Origin: a virus
Virus genome (UHGV): UHGV-0192790
DNA: 12,248 nt
Direction: 5' to 3' (one strand)
Below, piece after piece: positions 7,556-12,248 of the stretch. Position 1 is the first letter of the stretch. Every line of letters begins with the position of its first letter. The notes below the pieces were generated by a model. That model ran no database searches. It was not told the DNA's origin and saw nothing but the letters and a program-made list of their open reading frames with translations. A program made the position numbers and the translations under genes.

Positions 7556-8716
7556 TTATTCAACCTCTTCTAAACTGCTCGCTCTGGACCCTCGGCGGAA
7601 ATTATCATCATTTTTAACATACTCGTATGAATCCAGAATCAAACCAGATATGCGAAGTATATCTTCCGGATTAGTTATATGTATCCTTTTACCATCCGTA
7701 TCAAGTCGAGCTCGTCTTATTTCATTCAACTGAACTTCACTAAGCGAAATAGGTAAAGTTATAAATGAAGATTTTTTATCATAAAATCTTAACAGCCATC
7801 TATTAGTTTTACCATTCAATAGTATACCAAAATATGACTCAGTATCTTTATATTCTATATTATCTTCTGTTTGTATGATTTGTTTTACCCTTTCAAATAG
7901 CTCCAATTCTTTGGCTGTGGTTATTATGTTGGGGTTTTCTTCATCAACAATGGCGTTATTAACTTGTGTATCCGTTGCATCATTTTCTTTAGTTTGCTCT
8001 ACCGGTTGTGTAGATAGCCCGGAAACCACCATTGCGCTAACAGCGCGCTCAACGGCCTGTTTAACTAATGGAGTCACGAACTCAAGAAATCTCTGATTAA
8101 GTTGTCTCTCAATATTTGAACGACTAGCAACATATCGAACAAACTCCAGATCAACTTCACGAAGACTAGAACTGATTGTTTTAGTAAATGAATTCAAATA
8201 AACACTTTCTTCAGCCAGTGTCCGTAAAGCCTCTGGTTTGAATTTATCATAACGAAAACGAAATAATTGTGTAATATCGGAGTGAGTTAGAGAATCCATT
8301 CTTATTTTTAAAAACGGCGTTGAAGCCATTATGTTTTTTTGTTTCAAATCCGTAAAAAAACGCCATTCAACACCATTTGTAATGGCTGATATAGTAACTT
8401 CCGGTGTTGAATTAAAATATCTTGATAGCTGTGGGCAGTGATTATCAATTTGTTCTGAAAACGATTTCGCCTCAATGAACATCACAGGAACATCATGACA
8501 AAATAAAGCGTAATCAACCCGTTCATTAGCCTTAACCCCGGGGAAGTCAGCACTATACTCAGCTTTGACTTTTCTTGGATCATACGGAGTAAAACCAAGA
8601 ATATCTAGTAATGGCATAATGAGTGCTTGTTTTGTCGTTTCTTCAGTTGTACAAAACACCCCCATTTTTGCAACATGCTCTGTGTGTATTTTTAACTTAT
8701 TTGCAAAATTTTCCAT
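7556..8716 (-). CDS. PD-(D/E)xK nuclease-family protein with HsdR-N-like N-terminal domain plus unknown C-terminal domain; candidate moron (defence or homing-type endonuclease)
   Basis: AT-rich ORF. N-terminal region ...QALIMPLLDILGF...ERVDYALFCHDVPVMFIEAKSF...CPQLSRYF...ISAITNGVEWRFF carries the hallmark D / E-x-K / Q...Y / TNG..W motifs of the type I restriction enzyme HsdR N-terminal nuclease fold. Preferred start is the ATG at 8716, preceded by GGAGG with an 8 nt spacer. The track start at 8731 has no SD and adds only MEETS. Stop TAA at 7556-7558. Confidence 0.7.
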   Translation of the reverse strand: MENFANKLKIHTEHVAKMGVFCTTEETTKQALIMPLLDILGFTPYDPRKVKAEYSADFPGVKANERVDYALFCHDVPVMFIEAKSFSEQIDNHCPQLSRYFNSTPEVTISAITNGVEWRFFTDLKQKNIMASTPFLKIRMDSLTHSDITQLFRFRYDKFKPEALRTLAEESVYLNSFTKTISSSLREVDLEFVRYVASRSNIERQLNQRFLEFVTPLVKQAVERAVSAMVVSGLSTQPVEQTKENDATDTQVNNAIVDEENPNIITTAKELELFERVKQIIQTEDNIEYKDTESYFGILLNGKTNRWLLRFYDKKSSFITLPISLSEVQLNEIRRARLDTDGKRIHITNPEDILRISGLILDSYEYVKNDDNFRRGSRASSLEEVE

Positions 8717-8744
8717 GCTTGTCTCCTCCATGGTAACAATATGT

Positions 8745-8774
8745 ATTTTGCAAATCCGAAATAATATATGTCAA
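8745..8774 (-). promoter_or_regulatory. Putative sigma70-type promoter for the inserted nuclease gene
   Basis: Perfect -35 hexamer TTGACA (minus strand, 8774-8769), then an 18 nt AT-rich spacer, then CAAAAT (8750-8745; 4/6 match to TATAAT). Sits about 30-60 nt upstream of the SD-preceded ATG at 8716. The -10 assignment is ambiguous. Confidence 0.4.
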
Positions 8775-8844
8775 TATGCTCCAGCTTAGAAAATTACTCG
8801 CCCCCCCTAAAATATCTCTCTACAGCACTCCAAACCAAGGTAAA

Positions 8845-8861
8845 AGTTTTATCATAAAACT
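8845..8861. promoter_or_regulatory. 17 bp perfect palindrome AGTTTTAT-C-ATAAAACT (candidate operator/protein-binding site)
   Basis: 8 bp arms are exact reverse complements around a single central base. Located between the stop of the 115 aa gene (8867-8869) and the promoter-like region of the inserted gene. Confidence 0.35.
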
Positions 8862-8866
8862 GTGAT

Positions 8867-9214
8867 TCATACCGGCACCTGCGTCCGGTAACTGGTCCCA
8901 TTAAAAAACACAACATCGATGTTATAGGTGGGGTTATCTGCTCCATCTACCTTTGAAATTGCCAGTGATGCAAAATACCCAGCAAACTGTTGCTGAACCA
9001 TGTTCACATAGTAGTCTGGGTAAATCTGCTGCACGATGCACTGCTGTGCAGGAATACCGTAATTCGCGTAAAACGGCGACTCCCCCAATCCCAGCTTTAA
9101 CGTCTGAATGAGCGTCGTCAGCCAGCCATAGGAGAAATCACCGTTGGCGTCAGATTCTACTGCAACCCATTTTTTGTTGCCGTTCGCGTCGGTGACGCGG
9201 CCCCATGTTCTCAT
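8867..9214 (-). CDS. Hypothetical protein; possibly baseplate wedge (gpW/gp25-like) by position and weak motif resemblance
   Basis: 115 aa (the same length as P2 gpW). Segment LIQTLKLGLGESPFYANYG loosely resembles the gp25/gpW G-x-R-x-x-x-x-x-F/Y-G region, but the EPR motif is not evident. ATG at 9214 overlaps the upstream stop (ATGA); GGGGG 5 nt upstream. Confidence 0.35.
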   Translation of the reverse strand: MRTWGRVTDANGNKKWVAVESDANGDFSYGWLTTLIQTLKLGLGESPFYANYGIPAQQCIVQQIYPDYYVNMVQQQFAGYFASLAISKVDGADNPTYNIDVVFFNGTSYRTQVPV

Positions 9215-9399
9215 CGTGCCCCCATCACTTTAACTAACTCTGTCAGTACTGGTGAAAAGGCAAATGCTAAAGCTACGAGTGCAGCGGTGTAATACATGCG
9301 TCGTAAGGTATTGCTTTTTGCCACTAATTTTAAGGCTTTCACAATCCAGTCTCCTCCGCTAAAATTAATCACGGAAGGCTTCCAAACATACGTAATCAT
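9211..9399 (-). CDS. Small predicted membrane protein (one C-terminal hydrophobic helix), function unknown
   Basis: The track ORF starts at a TTG (9414); the first ATG is at 9399. Hydrophobic stretch MYYTAALVALAFAFSPVLTELV. Stop overlaps the next start as ATGA, suggesting translational coupling. No convincing SD, so whether it is a real gene is uncertain. Confidence 0.3.
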   Translation of the reverse strand: MITYVWKPSVINFSGGDWIVKALKLVAKSNTLRRMYYTAALVALAFAFSPVLTELVKVMGAR

Positions 9400-9430
9400 C
9401 CCTTGCGTATTCAAGGTGAGAAACAGAAAA

Positions 9431-9458
9431 CCCCGACTGGGCCAACAGTCGGGGTTTT
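9431..9458 (-). terminator. Rho-independent terminator-like hairpin (bidirectional) after the spike gene
   Basis: CCCCGACTG-GGCCAA-CAGTCGGGG: 9 bp GC-rich stem (9431-9439 / 9446-9454) with a 6 nt loop, preceded by AAAA and followed by TTTT (9455-9458). On the minus-strand transcript the hairpin is followed by UUUUCUGUUU. Confidence 0.65.
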
Positions 9459-9496
9459 CGTTTTATGGTTAGAATTTAAAGTGAAATGAACCGGTA

Positions 9497-10210
9497 TTAA
9501 CCAGGATTTGGTTTCTTCGTCGTAATCGTGCTGCTGCCGCTTTGAACACCAGTCACATCGTGGCTGTGGCCGCTGACGCTCACGCCGTTGATAACTGCAT
9601 CCATCTCGACATTAAGAGGACCAATCAGCGAAGCGGTTGTATCCTTCATCTGGGCTTTGTCCTGGACGATCGGTCCGTTGAGGTGAATTTTCCCGTTCAG
9701 GAAAATATCTTCGGCCTCGAGGTAAACAGCTTTCGACTTTTGCCTGATTTCTTCCAGAGCCACCATTACCGAGCTACTGCCGTCCTCTGTTTTGAGGATC
9801 GCGCCATCCGGACCGTACAAAACGATTTTTTGCGGATCTTCGTCGGACCACTCCTTGTTTGCCAGTGGCACGAAAAACAGGGGAGTGAGCGACATCGAGT
9901 AAGAAAGCGTTGCCATACCGGTTCCCAATCCGGACACACCGCGCAGTGATACATCAGCGGCAATTGTTACTCCTCGATCGCCCGGCTGTATCGGGTAACG
10001 GATATACGGGAATGTGGCGACAGGGATTGTTATCTGCGGGAAGTTGATCCCCTCCGGCAGCATATCAAACTGAACTGTCACTATTTGCCCGCAGATATCG
10101 ACAACATGGCAGGGCAATTCGCGGCCTTTAAGCTCGGCTTGCTGGTTACCAGAACTGGTCATCATCTCTGACAGCGTTCGGAGAAACGGTATTTTTTGAG
10201 CGTTTGACAT
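9497..10210 (-). CDS. Baseplate central spike protein (P2 gpV-like), tentative
   Basis: 237 aa. C-terminal ...SGHSHDVTGVQSGSSTITT... resembles the H-x-H plus Gly/Ser-rich apex of gpV-type spikes. N-terminal ...LPCHVVDICGQIVTVQFD...PIQPGDRGVTIAADVSL is beta-rich and OB-like. Start ATG overlaps the upstream stop (TAATG); GAGGGTG SD about 5 nt upstream. Confidence 0.5.
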   Translation of the reverse strand: MSNAQKIPFLRTLSEMMTSSGNQQAELKGRELPCHVVDICGQIVTVQFDMLPEGINFPQITIPVATFPYIRYPIQPGDRGVTIAADVSLRGVSGLGTGMATLSYSMSLTPLFFVPLANKEWSDEDPQKIVLYGPDGAILKTEDGSSSVMVALEEIRQKSKAVYLEAEDIFLNGKIHLNGPIVQDKAQMKDTTASLIGPLNVEMDAVINGVSVSGHSHDVTGVQSGSSTITTKKPNPG

Positions 10211-11217
10211 TACACCCTCGCCCAGTTCTCAACATATGCCTCGAATACCGTCACCCAGGCATCGCCATCGGCTGTCAGATACGAACCAATGTGTCTGACC
10301 GATTTCACAAGAAATTTCCCGGTGAACGTGGTCGAATTTTTTGCGATAACGCTGGGTGCCGTTGTATTAGCCATCACAATCGACGCTGCGCCAGAATATA
10401 GCCCCTCCGGGAGTTTAACCACATCACCACATCTGATATCGCCCCTCATAGGGCATTTGAAGCTGACGGTAAACGGCGCTATCCATGTCGGCTGCCCGAC
10501 CAGTTCATGGGCATGAATTGTTTTTGGCTCACCCCACTTTGCCGATGTGTTATCGTAGATTCGTATTCTGTCGGAAAGAATGCTGATGGCGATTCCGCTA
10601 TACCTTTCATTACGCATCATCGCAATAGAGGCGTTTTTTACGACCATAGCCAGAGAACCAATCTCCGTATATTTGCCTGTCCACGGCTCTGGCAAAACAA
10701 GGTTGTCGCTGACTGTGCAATCAATCAATTTATTGGGATATGCTTTTTGCAAAGCGCGGACTAAAACATCGCCCACCCTTTCGCCTGCTTCCCCCAGCCC
10801 CTCAATTGAAAAAGGTTTACCGTCATCGGTTTTGCGTATGCCTGGATTTATTACCAGGTTTAAAGTCTGGTTCGTGCCGATCCAGTTGGCATAGGCCAGA
10901 TAAATTTCACCATAGATTACCTCCCCTTGTTGATCCTTATTTGCCAGTGGTAACCCCTGAACAAAGCCTGCTTTCATACGGACCAGACACCCCTGCAAGC
11001 TTACGCTTTGCTTCAGCATATCAATTGGTAATCCATAGATCGTCAGCATCGTGCCCGAACAGACTACATCCAGGCCGGTTACTTCAAAGTCAAATTCAAC
11101 ATGCAACCCACATCCTGGTGTTTCACTGGTATCAAAAGGTCCAATGGATTTTCCATTGCTATCCACTGGCGGCTTGCCTGTTTTAGGATTAATAATTTCC
11201 AGTCGGTAATAACGCAT
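10210..11217 (-). CDS. Tail/baseplate module protein, family unassigned (possibly hub-like by position)
   Basis: 335 aa ORF, translationally coupled on both sides (TAATG overlaps). GAGGT SD 8 nt upstream of ATG 11217. No motif I can confidently assign. Confidence 0.35.
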   Translation of the reverse strand: MRYYRLEIINPKTGKPPVDSNGKSIGPFDTSETPGCGLHVEFDFEVTGLDVVCSGTMLTIYGLPIDMLKQSVSLQGCLVRMKAGFVQGLPLANKDQQGEVIYGEIYLAYANWIGTNQTLNLVINPGIRKTDDGKPFSIEGLGEAGERVGDVLVRALQKAYPNKLIDCTVSDNLVLPEPWTGKYTEIGSLAMVVKNASIAMMRNERYSGIAISILSDRIRIYDNTSAKWGEPKTIHAHELVGQPTWIAPFTVSFKCPMRGDIRCGDVVKLPEGLYSGAASIVMANTTAPSVIAKNSTTFTGKFLVKSVRHIGSYLTADGDAWVTVFEAYVENWARV

Positions 11218-11483
11218 TACGAAACCTCAAACTGATTCGTACTTTCGCGAAAAACAAGTTTCCCCGGTGAGCAAGGCAGCGCCAGATTGATGTCGTAACT
11301 GTCAGGTGACGCGATCAACGGCATGTACACAATCACGTCGCCAGAACTGTCTTTCAGTTCCAGGTAGTAACGATTTGCATACAGATTAAACGGAACGCGG
11401 GCGAATGTTTCATATTCTCCAATTCTGGCCGTGAACTGAAACGGGCCTCGCCCGTCAGGTTTAAAAGGAATTAACGTTGTCAT
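11217..11483 (-). CDS. Hypothetical tail-module protein (88 aa)
   Basis: ORF coupled to both neighbours (ATGA upstream, TAATG downstream). No recognisable motif. Confidence 0.4.
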   Translation of the reverse strand: MTTLIPFKPDGRGPFQFTARIGEYETFARVPFNLYANRYYLELKDSSGDVIVYMPLIASPDSYDINLALPCSPGKLVFRESTNQFEVS

Positions 11484-12148
11484 AAGCCAATACCAAACTC
11501 CTGCACGACCTGGTTCTTAATGCCTGACCACGATAGCGGCCCGTCTGACGGCATCCCTTTATCAAATTTATCCAGAACACTCGCCAGCGTCTTTACTGTT
11601 TGTTCGACAGACGACAATGGTTGCTCAAACTCAATCTGCCAGGTGTGCTGCACTTGCTTGTTCTGCTCAGAGAAACCAGATGTATCGATAAACGACCGCA
11701 TCAGACAGCGCGTGTAGATAAACGAGGGAGTCATAACGGTATAACAACCGCCATACTGGTTATGCATATCAAGCGCCATTTTCAGCGCCGTAAACGTCAT
11801 CCCCTTCGTGGTGTAGCCACCGTCCTCCGTTGATGCCGGACGGATCATCTGCATGACTACCCGGTTAGGCTTCCTGACGGTCGCATTCGCTGCCGTTACC
11901 TGGTTATAGAAATTCAGGTTGCAAATATCCTGCTGGACCAGCGTTGTCCCGGCCATTGGCGTGAATGCCGCCATCGAGCGTGTATGAATCTCTCCATGCA
12001 GCAGACCGTTCGCGATACTTAGTCCTTCGGTCAGAACAGCAATCGGCATCACCCCGCCGGGAATTTTCGACGCTATGCCATCAACTAAAAGAATGGGCGA
12101 AACTTCAAACGCCAGTTTGAAAGCTTGTCCAAAGTAATTAAGTGACAT
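11480..12148 (-). CDS. Hypothetical tail-module protein (222 aa)
   Basis: ATG at 12148 with GGGGT about 6 nt upstream. First gene of a four-gene translationally coupled set. No recognisable family motif. Confidence 0.4.
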   Translation of the reverse strand: MSLNYFGQAFKLAFEVSPILLVDGIASKIPGGVMPIAVLTEGLSIANGLLHGEIHTRSMAAFTPMAGTTLVQQDICNLNFYNQVTAANATVRKPNRVVMQMIRPASTEDGGYTTKGMTFTALKMALDMHNQYGGCYTVMTPSFIYTRCLMRSFIDTSGFSEQNKQVQHTWQIEFEQPLSSVEQTVKTLASVLDKFDKGMPSDGPLSWSGIKNQVVQEFGIGL

Positions 12149-12248
12149 CTTTTACCCCGGTATTTGTTGCGTTCCGGCGAGTTGTGCCAGTATGTCGGAA
12201 CCCGGCGATTGTCGCACCTGAAGCTCAATTATTGCGCGGACATTTTTG

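Larger units (their letters stand above)
239..12148 (-). mobile_element. Prophage/phage tail morphogenesis region (contractile-tail type: baseplate spike, wedge, J-like, tail fibres and chaperones); partial, extends beyond window
   Basis: Uninterrupted series of minus-strand ORFs with ATGA/TAATG start-stop overlaps. Recognisable tail fibre, Tfa and gpV-like spike motifs. Gene order resembles the V-W-J-I-H-G arrangement of P2/Mu-type baseplate modules. Confidence 0.8.

Noticed and set aside
8714-8731. First in-frame ATG (8731) as start of the inserted nuclease gene
   Set aside because: It has no Shine-Dalgarno sequence and would lie almost at the predicted transcript 5' end. The second ATG (8716) is preceded by GGAGG at ideal spacing. 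The difference is only 5 residues.
8801-8807. C7/G7 homopolymer as a phase-variation switch
   Set aside because: It lies upstream of the -35 element, not between -35 and -10 or inside a coding region. A single 7-mer is weak evidence for slipped-strand regulation.
1-12248. CRISPR arrays, tRNA/rRNA genes, integrase or transposase
   Set aside because: No regularly spaced direct repeats with spacers, no tRNA-like cloverleaf candidates noticed, and no ORF with recombinase or transposase motifs. The window is dominated by structural genes.

Overview
This window is a contiguous block of tailed-phage (prophage) tail morphogenesis genes, all on the minus strand: four tightly coupled tail/baseplate genes, a gpV-like baseplate spike, a small membrane protein, a possible wedge protein, a baseplate J-like protein, a gpI-position protein, then two tail fibre cassettes in tandem. 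The first fibre has a P2 gpH-like C-terminus and is followed by a canonical Tfa chaperone; the second is a 973 aa fibre with a lambda Stf-like N-terminus, followed by a 187 aa accessory gene. The most interesting feature is a visibly AT-rich single-gene insertion (about 7556-8866) between the wedge-like and J-like genes, with its own promoter-like sequence, a strong RBS and a terminator. It encodes a roughly 386 aa protein whose N-terminal domain has the type I restriction enzyme HsdR N-terminal PD-(D/E)xK nuclease signature (D73, E87-x-K89, Q101, TNG-x-x-W), joined by an acidic linker to an unrecognised C-terminal domain. I read this as a candidate moron: either an anti-phage defence or exclusion nuclease, or a free-standing homing-type endonuclease. 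All family assignments are from reading motifs by eye, with no database search. No tRNA, rRNA, CRISPR array, integrase or invertase was seen.
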